A stretch of DNA of 64,000 nucleotides, taken from assembly GCA_001593935.1 (NCBI GenBank), contig LUCE01000010.1, positions 21,602-85,601 of the forward strand. Direction: 5' to 3'. The notes under the pieces were generated by a model, which was not told where the DNA came from, made no database searches, and saw only the letters and a list, made by a program, of their open reading frames with translations. The translations under genes were made by a program, and so were the position numbers. Of this stretch, positions 17,845 through 27,112 are shown piece after piece (positions within the stretch are counted from its first letter, which is position 1; each line of letters opens with the position of its first letter). This DNA is from Candidatus Bathyarchaeota archaeon B26-2. GTDB lineage: Archaea > Thermoproteota > Bathyarchaeia > Bathyarchaeales > B26-1.

Positions 17845-19215
17845 TTGAACCGGTGGGACTGGACGTTAAGGAGGCCCTTCTTCGCCGCGTTCGCCATCGT
17901 CGCCGTATTGAGTGTTTCCTTAGGGTACCTCTACATCACAGGCGACGTTGTAAGTGTCATGCACCCCTCCTTCATAGCTTACAACCCGGAGACCGGCCGC
18001 GTCATGGTATGCCTCCTCATCTCTTCGGACTCTATCAGAACCCCTGAGATAGTCTCAATCCGCTTTGGAGACATAATCTGCGAACCTTACAATGAGACGC
18101 ATCTGAGAGGTGGGAGGGGTGGATACTACCCCTACACGCTTGGGGGAGACCTAACCTTCCAGAGGGGAGTTTTTAGGTTAAACGCGAGGGGCAAGGGTAT
18201 AATCACCGTTTGGAACCTCCCACCTATAGGCGAGAGGGCTTCAGTGGTCTTCCACACCTCTTTCGGAAACAGTTGGAGCGGCGAGATACGTCAGGGCTGG
18301 TCAGGGGCCGCCGAGAAGATACACGCAAATAAGATGGAATCATACAGCAGATACGCTAAAGGTATAAGCGAGGACCAGCTGAATGCGTCGATCCCCTATA
18401 AGCCTCACGTGAGGAAGTGGCCGCCATACTCCGAGAAGCCGTATCCCCACCCAAGTAGTAACGCCCTCTACCTCCTCGGCTTGATCGATATGGGCATGAC
18501 TGAGAGGGCTAGGGAGATATCTGACTTCCTCTTGTGGTCTCAGTATAACGGCTCGGGCTACAGCGGCCTTGTCGGGCAGGGGATGCCGGAGTGGCGTTAT
18601 GGTTGGCCGACCCACGACTTTGGATGGACGGACGCGTACGGGTACTACGAGAAGCCGTATGAGCCGTCGCACCACATGGACGCCTTTGTAGTCCACGCTT
18701 TGGTCAAGTTCTACGAGGTTACGAATGAGACGAAGTACTTAGAGGCGTGTTACAAATGGTACCTACATCAAGTTCCCTTCTTTGGGTGGCATGAGGGCCT
18801 CTGGCGCGGCAAGGAGTACGCCTGGACGGAGTATAACCCGACTGGAGTACAGCCCAACGGTGACCCTTACCCGACGGACGACGCCGTGAACAATGTACAG
18901 AGCAAGTGTGCTATGGCGATAGCCGCTTTAGGGTACAGCCTCCAAAACGAAACGGTCCTGATGAATGCCTTGAAGCTCCTAATATATCTATGTAAGGAGC
19001 AGGGGCCGGACGGCTCCTGGGTCTACTTCGGGTCTGAGAGTTCGGTTCAGAGGTCGGTGGCGATGGATGAGTACGACCTCACCTACATGAGACAGCAAGT
19101 ATATGAGATGTTCGAGGCTTACTCTTACCTTCTTAGGGCTGGTGTAAGGGACTACGATGTCGAGTGTGCGATAGGTAGGGGAGCCGTATACCTCTCCATG
19201 CGCGGGTTCACGTAG
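17845..19215 (+). CDS. N-terminally membrane-anchored exported protein, possible (alpha/alpha)-toroid fold, unknown function
   Basis: TTG start, one N-terminal TM (FFAAFAIVAVLSVSLGYLYI), several N-x-S/T sequons and a C-terminal QGPDGSW motif resembling prenyltransferase/terpene-cyclase-type toroid repeats. Confidence 0.5.
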   Translation: MNRWDWTLRRPFFAAFAIVAVLSVSLGYLYITGDVVSVMHPSFIAYNPETGRVMVCLLISSDSIRTPEIVSIRFGDIICEPYNETHLRGGRGGYYPYTLGGDLTFQRGVFRLNARGKGIITVWNLPPIGERASVVFHTSFGNSWSGEIRQGWSGAAEKIHANKMESYSRYAKGISEDQLNASIPYKPHVRKWPPYSEKPYPHPSSNALYLLGLIDMGMTERAREISDFLLWSQYNGSGYSGLVGQGMPEWRYGWPTHDFGWTDAYGYYEKPYEPSHHMDAFVVHALVKFYEVTNETKYLEACYKWYLHQVPFFGWHEGLWRGKEYAWTEYNPTGVQPNGDPYPTDDAVNNVQSKCAMAIAALGYSLQNETVLMNALKLLIYLCKEQGPDGSWVYFGSESSVQRSVAMDEYDLTYMRQQVYEMFEAYSYLLRAGVRDYDVECAIGRGAVYLSMRGFT

Positions 19216-19229
19216 AGGACTGTCGCCGG

Positions 19230-20375
19230 CTAATCCTCCAGTGAACTCAGCAAGTCTTCTGAGACGCTTGCCGCGTAGATGTGGGGGATTCCGGTTCTGT
19301 CGGAGTTGAAGATCACCCATCTGTTGTCTCCCGTGAAGTAGGGGTGAGGGTGAGTGTATTGGGGTCGTCCTCCCGAGGCGCCGGATACGCACAAGACTCT
19401 GCAACGCCCAGTCTCTATAGACCCTACAACGATGGGTTTACCCGGCCTATTCCAAGCGTCGCCGACGAAGAACCTTCCGTCCCTCGAGACGCTTATGTGG
19501 TTCAGCATATACCCCTTGGAGACCGTGTGAGGATACTCGTCTCCAGGCTTAACCGCGAGGAGGTTGCCGCTCCTAACCGCCTCTTCCGGGGAAGCACTGA
19601 CCGTGAGCAACACTCTACCGGTGTTCCCTATCCAACATTCATGGCCCGTTATAGCGTTGGTATAAGGCTTGCCCACCGGCAAGGGTCGGTAGTTCCCTCC
19701 ACCAGAATCTATTAGGTAAAGCGTAGCCCCTTCATCCCCAACCAACCTAACTATATTTCCGTCCTCGTCCACCAGCCCGCCTCTATTGTGCTGGATCAGT
19801 ATATCCCTGCCACTTGAGGGCTCATATTGAGGGTGAGGATTTATGATGTCCCTCTTCTCATGGATAACTTGCCACTCTCCCTTCTCGAGGTCTAACCGTA
19901 TGATCTGGCAAAGGTTAGGCTTCGGGATGTGTAGGTTCACGTAGTAGCGGTGGTCCGGCGAGACGCTGCCTATAGTTCTGAAGGGGGGTACTCCCTCTAG
20001 GTCGAAGACGGCCTCCTTCTGGAGGTCTTCAAGGTTCACTCTCACAAGTTCTTTAGAGCCTCTCCGCATGGCAACGTAGTAGATCACTCCGCTGTACTTA
20101 CAGCATGCTATGCCCGGATGGACCTCTGGTTCGATCAGAGCTAGGCGCCTCGTTTCTAGGTCGCAGAGGTAGAGGGAGACAGAGGGTCCTAAGGGAGAGT
20201 ATAGCATCCTTATGAAAGCGAACCTTCCACCCTCACTTGTACAGTAGGGCTGCTCGCAGTAGATGTTATTCGATATTACGGGAGCGCTTGTGAGTTGGAC
20301 CACCCTAGAACCAGAGGCGGCATAAGTCTCACGGTCTACACTCTCATAGGTCCATTTGACCTTGGGACCAGACAT
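19230..20375 (-). CDS. Oligogalacturonate lyase-like (PL22/Ogl-like) beta-propeller protein
   Basis: Colinear with Ogl as recalled from memory: VVQLTS, YCEQPYCTSEGGRFAF, CDLETRR, LVRVNLEDL, IIRLDLEKGEWQVI, GHECW, and C-terminal QYTHPHPYFTGDNRWVIFNSDRTG.PHIY, which retains the Q-x-x-H-x-H metal motif. Confidence 0.65.
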   Translation of the reverse strand: MSGPKVKWTYESVDRETYAASGSRVVQLTSAPVISNNIYCEQPYCTSEGGRFAFIRMLYSPLGPSVSLYLCDLETRRLALIEPEVHPGIACCKYSGVIYYVAMRRGSKELVRVNLEDLQKEAVFDLEGVPPFRTIGSVSPDHRYYVNLHIPKPNLCQIIRLDLEKGEWQVIHEKRDIINPHPQYEPSSGRDILIQHNRGGLVDEDGNIVRLVGDEGATLYLIDSGGGNYRPLPVGKPYTNAITGHECWIGNTGRVLLTVSASPEEAVRSGNLLAVKPGDEYPHTVSKGYMLNHISVSRDGRFFVGDAWNRPGKPIVVGSIETGRCRVLCVSGASGGRPQYTHPHPYFTGDNRWVIFNSDRTGIPHIYAASVSEDLLSSLED

Positions 20376-20377
20376 CT

Positions 20378-21430
20378 TTAAGCCTCAGCTCCTCTTAGGG
20401 GGTATTTGCCGAGCTTCAGAGCCGTCTCGACGAAGACTCTCATATTCTCCGGGGGCATATCTCTAGCCGTACACTCTCCAGTGTTGAGGAAGTATCCTCC
20501 TCCGACTGCTCCCGACTCTATGCACTCAGATGTAGCTCGCTCAACGTCCTCCCTCGAGCCCTTAAGCAGAACCTCAACAGGGTCGACGTTCCCGCAGATA
20601 CATACTCTGTCGCCCAGAACCTCCTTGGCTTTAGCTATCGAGATGGCTGTCCCTATCGCGATCACTTCCGGGTTTGACTCCACCTCCAAGAGCAGACGCT
20701 CCGGGTCCTTCTCGTCCGTGAAGAGGATCGAGATTCCTCCCATGCGCCGTATCTCCTCGATCAGACGCTTGATGTAGGGTAAGGCGAACTCCCTGAAGTG
20801 TCTCTCCGAGATTATCCTCGAGGATGCCATACAGTCTCCAACCCAGAGGGCGTGGGCTCCACCCTCTATCTGTGCCTCGGCGTAGACCTTAGCCACTTCG
20901 AGGCCGATGTCCATAAGCCTCCTGAAGGTCTGGGGCGCCCTATACAGGTCTATCAGCCCGGCTTGAAGCCCTCTGAGAAGCGTGACCGTTGAGAAGGGGG
21001 CGGCTAGGGCACCGCAGATCATTATCTCGCCTCTAGTCATCTCGTGGATGAGCCGTATGCCTTCGAGGATTACGGGTATCCGTCCGTCCCTATGTGGGTC
21101 CGGTATCCTAAGCCTATCTATATCGGCCTCACACTTGACGGCGAAGCCCTCACCGGTCGGAACCTTGTCATCGAAGAACCTAACCTTGACTCCCATAGGC
21201 TCGAAGGCTATCCAGTCGTCCACGTGAATCCAAACCCAGTCTAGGGAGTACCTCCTAACCGCGAGGAGGTGTGTTTCAGCAAGTTTCTTCGGGTCCCTAG
21301 CGAACTCGGAGTATCTTATCCCTGCTATCGAGACCGCGTGCTCCTGCTCCAGAGCCGTGACCGCTACGCGTTCAGGCTCCTCCATCCGTACGGCTGCAAG
21401 GATATTATCGATTGGCCTACACTTTCCCAA
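20378..21430 (-). CDS. Uroporphyrinogen decarboxylase (URO-D) family protein (MtaA/HemE superfamily; specificity unknown)
   Basis: 350 aa. N-terminal EEPERVAV..., C-terminal GGGYFLNTGECTARDMPPENM typical of the URO-D fold. Lies 2 nt from the Ogl-like gene. Confidence 0.75.
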   Translation of the reverse strand: MGKCRPIDNILAAVRMEEPERVAVTALEQEHAVSIAGIRYSEFARDPKKLAETHLLAVRRYSLDWVWIHVDDWIAFEPMGVKVRFFDDKVPTGEGFAVKCEADIDRLRIPDPHRDGRIPVILEGIRLIHEMTRGEIMICGALAAPFSTVTLLRGLQAGLIDLYRAPQTFRRLMDIGLEVAKVYAEAQIEGGAHALWVGDCMASSRIISERHFREFALPYIKRLIEEIRRMGGISILFTDEKDPERLLLEVESNPEVIAIGTAISIAKAKEVLGDRVCICGNVDPVEVLLKGSREDVERATSECIESGAVGGGYFLNTGECTARDMPPENMRVFVETALKLGKYPLRGAEA

Positions 21431-21610
21431 GCGGTCTCCACCCAGAGAGTGTTCATCCGAACCAGTATAAAGGATGTTCGATCTCGGCCGCCGAGGAGTT
21501 GGCGCAAAAATTTAATAGGATGAAGGTAAGAGAGGTAGAGCCAAGTGGGTTGTGAAATCTAACAGACATAAGAGAAGTTAAAAAGACGGGTATTGGGGTG
21601 ATCCGGGCGT

Positions 21611-24064
21611 ATGACCTCGGATGTTTCTATGAAGGATTTTACAACCGATCTGAGGGAGCCGTTTATTCCGAAGGTAGAGACCGATATGAGCCGTAGGTAT
21701 CTGATGGTGATGCAGAGGTGGATACCGGTCTGTATGGAGTACTTCCAAGAGTGGCCTGACCGACCTAACTGCGGCCACTTCTTCAGCGGGGTCTACTGGT
21801 ATGGCTCAGAGACAGCGGGCCCCCTGAAGGTCTTATCTCTGACAATCTCATCTCCAGAATACGATGAAGATGTTGTAGGCTTCTCTAAGAAGGAACTCGT
21901 CGATGCTGCTGTGAAGGCTCTACGTTACCTCTGCTTCACTCATGACACAGGACCCGAAGACTGCGTACGACCAGCAGAAGGCTTGGGGAGGCCGGAACTC
22001 TGCAGAACGAAGTGGGGTGAACGGGGTAAAGGCTTCTTCAGGGAGAGCCAATGCGGACGAAACGTGGCGAACATCACAACTGCGGCACTGATCTTGAGGA
22101 GGTACCTCGACGACGAGACTTGGACCATGGTTGCTAACATCTGCGCAGACTACCTAGACCGGTTCGGAGATATGCCTCCGAGATCAGGTGTCTACGCCAA
22201 TACCCAGATGGAAGAGAACGCTTGGACATCTCTCGGATTGGCTGCCTCCTACCTCTTCTTGTCCCGCCACGAGAACGCGAGGAGATGGGAAGAGAACGCC
22301 AAAAGGTGGATGTTCTGCACGGCCACCGTTCCCCAAGACATGTTCAACCACAGAAAGTTCGATGGCAAGCTCACCGTGAGCCAACTCTGCGGATTGACGT
22401 TCACAGCCCTCCCAGACTTCATGGCGGAGAACCACGGCTTCGTCCACCCCAGCTACACAGCATCAGCTATATACTTCACGGGGCTTGTGGGCAACATGTA
22501 CCGAATCTACGGCCGGAAAGAACCTAAACACGTCTACTGGCATAGGCAAGACTTCTACGATAACCTGAAGAGGCTCTGCGACTCTACAGGTTCGCCTCAC
22601 CCGGTTCAGGGCATGGACTGGCCATACCTCACCCCAAGATGCTTCTTGCATACCAGTGCCTACCTCTACTTGAGGGACCCGGACGCCGGTTACTATGAGA
22701 GGGTTGCCCTAGACTTGCTTGAGAAGATTCAGTTGGGGAACAAGGGGAGGATGGTTGACCCTGAGGTTGCGAGTAGGTGTCACGACCAGCAGGACCCGCT
22801 TATACTGCGCGAGTTGGGGATTGTCAGCGTGGCTGATGCTTATCTCGCTCATAGGCTCTTTGCTGAGGAAGAGAAGGTGAAGCCGACCTCCCCCAAGGAG
22901 ATCGCGGAGAAGTTTAGGGGTGTGAAGGTCTATCCTCACTCCGGCTTCGTCTTCCACAAGCATGGGAGGGGGCAGACTTCCTTCAGTTGGAGAAACTACA
23001 TAATGGCTCTTCCCCTAACGAGGGAGGGCCTCCTCACGATAGGACCGAGCGCCCCTAGACATGGCCTCCCATCCCTGCTAGGGAAGGTCTCGGTGAGAGA
23101 ACATCCTGAAAGCCAGAAACTCGTCTCCATAAATGTTAAGGAGGAGGGAGACAGGTTCGTCGCAACGTTGGTGAACGATGTCTCCCAAGAGAGTGTGAGA
23201 CAGGAGGTTCTCTTCGCCTCGCTACCGGACGGAAAAGTAGTCTCTCTGGAGACGTTCACAGCCCTCAAAGAGTGCACGGTGGAGAAGGTTGAACAGGGCT
23301 ACTTGCAGATAACGAACGAGAACTTCCCGTGTATCGAGGGTAACTGCAACGGCTTCCGTAGGCTTTACTACCCCGGAGGATCCGAGACGTTTAAGGGCTT
23401 CCCGGGGAGAACACCGGACGAAGACATCTTCTTCACTCTTGAAAGCCCAGGGTGGCTGAACGTAGACGACCGCGTCGGGATAATCTTCCAAGGATCAGGG
23501 CGGACTGTATACCACAATCGACATTACTTTAGGCCCCCCTCCTCGCCGTACCACGCCATAGCCGACGACCTCATCCTAAGCGTCCAAGACAAACCGAAGA
23601 AGTATCGTGCAGGGGAGATTGTAGCCAAACTTACGCTCGTCCTTTACCCGGAGCAGCCTCACCGAGAGACTGAGAGGATGAGGTTCACCGAGGTCCTTTC
23701 CGGAGGGAAGGCTCTCGGCTTAATGGTGGACGACTACCTATGCGTAGGCAACTTCGGTGAGGTAGGGCGTTACACTTTCAAGTTGCGCCGCGAAGAGACT
23801 GTCCCGATCTTTCCCGGAATAACTACGATAAAGAGGAACGGCGTCTCATACACTATACATCTAGGAGCTGGTGAGGGAAAGATCTGCGAGCCCGGCGCGT
23901 TCATAGAGACTAAAGGTGAAAACCTTAAAGTGGAATACACGGATTGCGGCGGGTTATACCTCATCAACGAAGGCGAGGAGACGGTGGATGTCCATCTCAG
24001 AAAGGGAAAGGAGAAGATGCAGATAAAGGTGAAGGCCAAGGAGACAGTGAAAGTCATCCTGTAA
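21611..24064 (+). CDS. Large conserved-looking hypothetical protein (817 aa), possible toroid + beta-sandwich glycan-active enzyme
   Basis: Long uninterrupted ORF with normal composition. Trp/Tyr/His-rich N-terminal half and beta-rich C-terminal half. No signal peptide and no motif I can name. Confidence 0.6.
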   Translation: MTSDVSMKDFTTDLREPFIPKVETDMSRRYLMVMQRWIPVCMEYFQEWPDRPNCGHFFSGVYWYGSETAGPLKVLSLTISSPEYDEDVVGFSKKELVDAAVKALRYLCFTHDTGPEDCVRPAEGLGRPELCRTKWGERGKGFFRESQCGRNVANITTAALILRRYLDDETWTMVANICADYLDRFGDMPPRSGVYANTQMEENAWTSLGLAASYLFLSRHENARRWEENAKRWMFCTATVPQDMFNHRKFDGKLTVSQLCGLTFTALPDFMAENHGFVHPSYTASAIYFTGLVGNMYRIYGRKEPKHVYWHRQDFYDNLKRLCDSTGSPHPVQGMDWPYLTPRCFLHTSAYLYLRDPDAGYYERVALDLLEKIQLGNKGRMVDPEVASRCHDQQDPLILRELGIVSVADAYLAHRLFAEEEKVKPTSPKEIAEKFRGVKVYPHSGFVFHKHGRGQTSFSWRNYIMALPLTREGLLTIGPSAPRHGLPSLLGKVSVREHPESQKLVSINVKEEGDRFVATLVNDVSQESVRQEVLFASLPDGKVVSLETFTALKECTVEKVEQGYLQITNENFPCIEGNCNGFRRLYYPGGSETFKGFPGRTPDEDIFFTLESPGWLNVDDRVGIIFQGSGRTVYHNRHYFRPPSSPYHAIADDLILSVQDKPKKYRAGEIVAKLTLVLYPEQPHRETERMRFTEVLSGGKALGLMVDDYLCVGNFGEVGRYTFKLRREETVPIFPGITTIKRNGVSYTIHLGAGEGKICEPGAFIETKGENLKVEYTDCGGLYLINEGEETVDVHLRKGKEKMQIKVKAKETVKVIL

Positions 24065-24426
24065 CGTAGCTTAATGTTGCGTTTAGTGGCTGTGTAAATT
24101 TAATTCGATGCCCTTCTCTCTTCTTTTCTACTGTCTTCTAGCGGCTGCTTCTTGTAGATAACACACCTTCGTACCGACTGATATATGAGATAAGAAATAA
24201 ATAGACACTCATAAGCTCTATTGCTTTCTCAGAATTCACCTCTTTGCCGAACCGCTTAACTACAACGTAGTCCAGGATAACTATTCTCGCGGCGTCTCGT
24301 CATCTACGGGCCTCCTCTGTACACTGCCATCTACATACCTGTACATTTGAACCTTTGAGAATGTGAATAGTAAATCTTAAACGGTCTCATTTTCCTTTCT
24401 GTATTAGACCTCCTTGTAATGGAGGG

Positions 24427-25185
24427 TTGAAATTGAGGGTAACAAGGTTTAGTGATGTTTGTGGAACTCTAGACGAATTACGTAAGATGTTCGAGAAGGG
24501 AAGTCTAGATCGTGGAGAGATTGAGACCGCAATAAACCTTGTTGACGACGCAATATACATGATTGGTAGAATGCTAACTAGACTGCAAGAATACGAGGAT
24601 TTTAAAGAAGAGTTGAGATCAATTCTCAACACGATGGATCAGATAGAAATTGTTGAGGAAACAAAACCTCGCAAGGTTACAGATAAATTAAGAAGTCTTA
24701 TTTCTAAAGGATTCTCGGAGAAGAAAGACCTTGAAAGATCTGTTGAATTAGCCGAGGAGATAAGACAAATAGCAAATAAACTAGAGAGAGCTTTGAGAAC
24801 ATATAAGGGAAAGTTTCTTGATGTTGTTGAACTCTACGGTAGAGTCAAAGGTGTAAGGGACTGGAGTAAAGACGAGAAAGAGAAGATCGGAACCGCCCTC
24901 CCGATACTTATCCCAATAAACGAGATCTTAGAGAACGTAAAGGAATGGCTGCCTCCAGAACCGCACAGATCAAAAATAATAGACTTCGTCAAGGCTGGAA
25001 GGGCATATATCCAACCGAAGAGAAGAAGGGAGCCCCCTGTAGTCCAATTTGAAGATGGAGGTACAATACCCCTACATAAGATTAGATATTCCGAGAGGGC
25101 CGGATACCAAGAGGGTATGTTCTATCCAGAGGATAGACCTCCAAAAACATTAAAGGAACCGCCGTGCAAGTCAAAAGAAAAGTGA
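24427..25185 (+). CDS. Hypothetical charged/coiled-coil protein (252 aa) in an AT-rich insert
   Basis: TTG-start ORF. Lys/Glu-rich with no recognisable domain. Composition differs from the flanking genes. Confidence 0.45.
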   Translation: MKLRVTRFSDVCGTLDELRKMFEKGSLDRGEIETAINLVDDAIYMIGRMLTRLQEYEDFKEELRSILNTMDQIEIVEETKPRKVTDKLRSLISKGFSEKKDLERSVELAEEIRQIANKLERALRTYKGKFLDVVELYGRVKGVRDWSKDEKEKIGTALPILIPINEILENVKEWLPPEPHRSKIIDFVKAGRAYIQPKRRREPPVVQFEDGGTIPLHKIRYSERAGYQEGMFYPEDRPPKTLKEPPCKSKEK

Positions 25186-25274
25186 AAAAACAATATATCA
25201 AAGTTTTCATGTTTTGCATCAATTGTCGGGATTACTAACCATAAGTGCATCTGCTACCTAAACTATCCGGTAGA

Positions 25275-27080
25275 CTATTGCATCGTTATCTTGACCTTAA
25301 GGGCTCCGCCAGAAGCCTCAAAGCACCCAACGTTGTATAGACCATTCCTGTTAGGAACCTTGAAAGGCTCTAAGTAAGTGTCCGGAGCCCAAGGCTCGAT
25401 ACACCTAACCTCGTACTTGTGGCCGAGGTAAGAGACCGTAAAGTAACCCTTCCCGACGTGAACCTCAGCGTCGTTGAGGCCGTCGGTCTCCAGAAGTGGA
25501 ACCTGAAGCAGAACAACCTTAACACTCTGAACCTCAACCGAAAACTCGATCCCGGCCTCCGTCAACCAGTACTCCTCGGAGACCTTCGGCTGACCTGAGC
25601 CGAGATAGTATTTCACTCTAAACCTGACACTCCCGATGGACTCCTCAACCCTCTCGAGTTCAGCCCTCTCAGGAACGTAATCAGACAGCCAGTAGGCTTC
25701 TCCGCCCTCCTTGAACCTCCATCCCGAACCAATTGCAACGCTTCTCGGCGACGGGTTGAAGATGACCTTGTAGCGGGGCTTCGATGTAATAGGAGACGAG
25801 AGACCGATCTCTGTGGGGACAGATGCTTTATGAACCCTCCCGAACCCTGTCGCGTCGTATCGGTGGTCGGCGGCCGTCTCGATCTCCACGTGGTAGCCTC
25901 CTGAGGTTGCAAAGACCTTGTGGAATGCATCTGGCAGGTGGACGATGTATCCTCCAATCTCGAATGGAGCGGGCTTCTCCTCGATCGTCTCGTCGGCTAG
26001 GAGATGCGCGAATCCGAGCTGGCTCGCTATTAGGAGGGAGTAGACGCTGTATCCGCCGTAACCCTCGCATCCATGCATGGCTTCTGGGTGGAGACCGTTC
26101 TTTATGTGGCGGAACGGCGAGAGGCTCAGCCACCTCCTCGTCGAGAGGACTGCGAGCCTAGCTGCCCGTTTGAAGGCTCCAGCCAGGTCGGTTCTCCCAA
26201 GCCTCTTATACCGGTTCGCTTCGTACTCGCAGATTAGGGCTATCGTAGCCTCGTTGAAGTTGTATTGGTTGCTTCTTCCGCCAAAGGGGGCCTGTCCCGA
26301 AGGGGACATGTAGAGGAGCGTCGTCAAGCCTCCACGTCTCAGAAGCTCGTCGAGAACCTTGGCGTGTCTGCCCTTATAGCCGGAGAACAAGAGGAGGGCT
26401 AGGTTCATTCTAGCCGTATAGTCGTACGTCATAGGGTCGTCTGGGTCTCGGTACATGCCGAACTCCGTGAAGAAACTTAGCTGGTGTTCCAAGTATCTCT
26501 CCACGAACTCCATGTTATCGGTTAAGCCGGCCGCCCGCTTGAAGCCCTCACCTGCCAAGGCGAAGGTGCAGAAGTTCCTCACCCTCTCAGGGCTCATCTT
26601 GGAGAAGACGGCGACGTAAGTCTCCTCGGGGTCGTATCCGCTGAGAAGTTCCTCCCACCTCTTGACGAGCCTCTCCTCAACCTTATCCTTGAGAGCCCAG
26701 TATCCGACCATGAGTTCTTTAACATAGAACTCCGGCCCTGAGACTGGTTTCTTCGAGGCGTTGAAGAGGTCCTCAGCTGCCGCGGTCATGCTCTTTGCGC
26801 AGACGTCGACGAGGTCGAGACACCGACCAACACGGATGAGGAATCCCAAGGCGCCGACGAACCTAGGGGTGGCCGTGCTGGCCTCCCTCTTCATGTAAGG
26901 GTCTATTATGTGCCCTGTCTCGTCCTGCCACTTCACAGCTTGTCTAACTATCGGTTCGCTGAGCCTTACGTAGAGGCTCCTCGTTTGGCCGGTCGGCCTC
27001 CATCCCTCAGGGACCCCTCCCTCCTCGAGGACCCCCTCAACCAGGCCCTCTAGGGGGAAGGGCGGCAGTCCACTTGCCAT
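25275..27080 (-). CDS. Hypothetical protein (601 aa), possible alpha-toroid + beta-sandwich architecture
   Basis: Long ORF with no signal peptide. Helical N-terminal two-thirds and beta-rich C-terminus. Function unknown. Confidence 0.6.
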   Translation of the reverse strand: MASGLPPFPLEGLVEGVLEEGGVPEGWRPTGQTRSLYVRLSEPIVRQAVKWQDETGHIIDPYMKREASTATPRFVGALGFLIRVGRCLDLVDVCAKSMTAAAEDLFNASKKPVSGPEFYVKELMVGYWALKDKVEERLVKRWEELLSGYDPEETYVAVFSKMSPERVRNFCTFALAGEGFKRAAGLTDNMEFVERYLEHQLSFFTEFGMYRDPDDPMTYDYTARMNLALLLFSGYKGRHAKVLDELLRRGGLTTLLYMSPSGQAPFGGRSNQYNFNEATIALICEYEANRYKRLGRTDLAGAFKRAARLAVLSTRRWLSLSPFRHIKNGLHPEAMHGCEGYGGYSVYSLLIASQLGFAHLLADETIEEKPAPFEIGGYIVHLPDAFHKVFATSGGYHVEIETAADHRYDATGFGRVHKASVPTEIGLSSPITSKPRYKVIFNPSPRSVAIGSGWRFKEGGEAYWLSDYVPERAELERVEESIGSVRFRVKYYLGSGQPKVSEEYWLTEAGIEFSVEVQSVKVVLLQVPLLETDGLNDAEVHVGKGYFTVSYLGHKYEVRCIEPWAPDTYLEPFKVPNRNGLYNVGCFEASGGALKVKITMQ

Positions 27081-27112
27081 AACCTCTCTGATCTCTCCTT
27101 CTAGAGTTCTCC

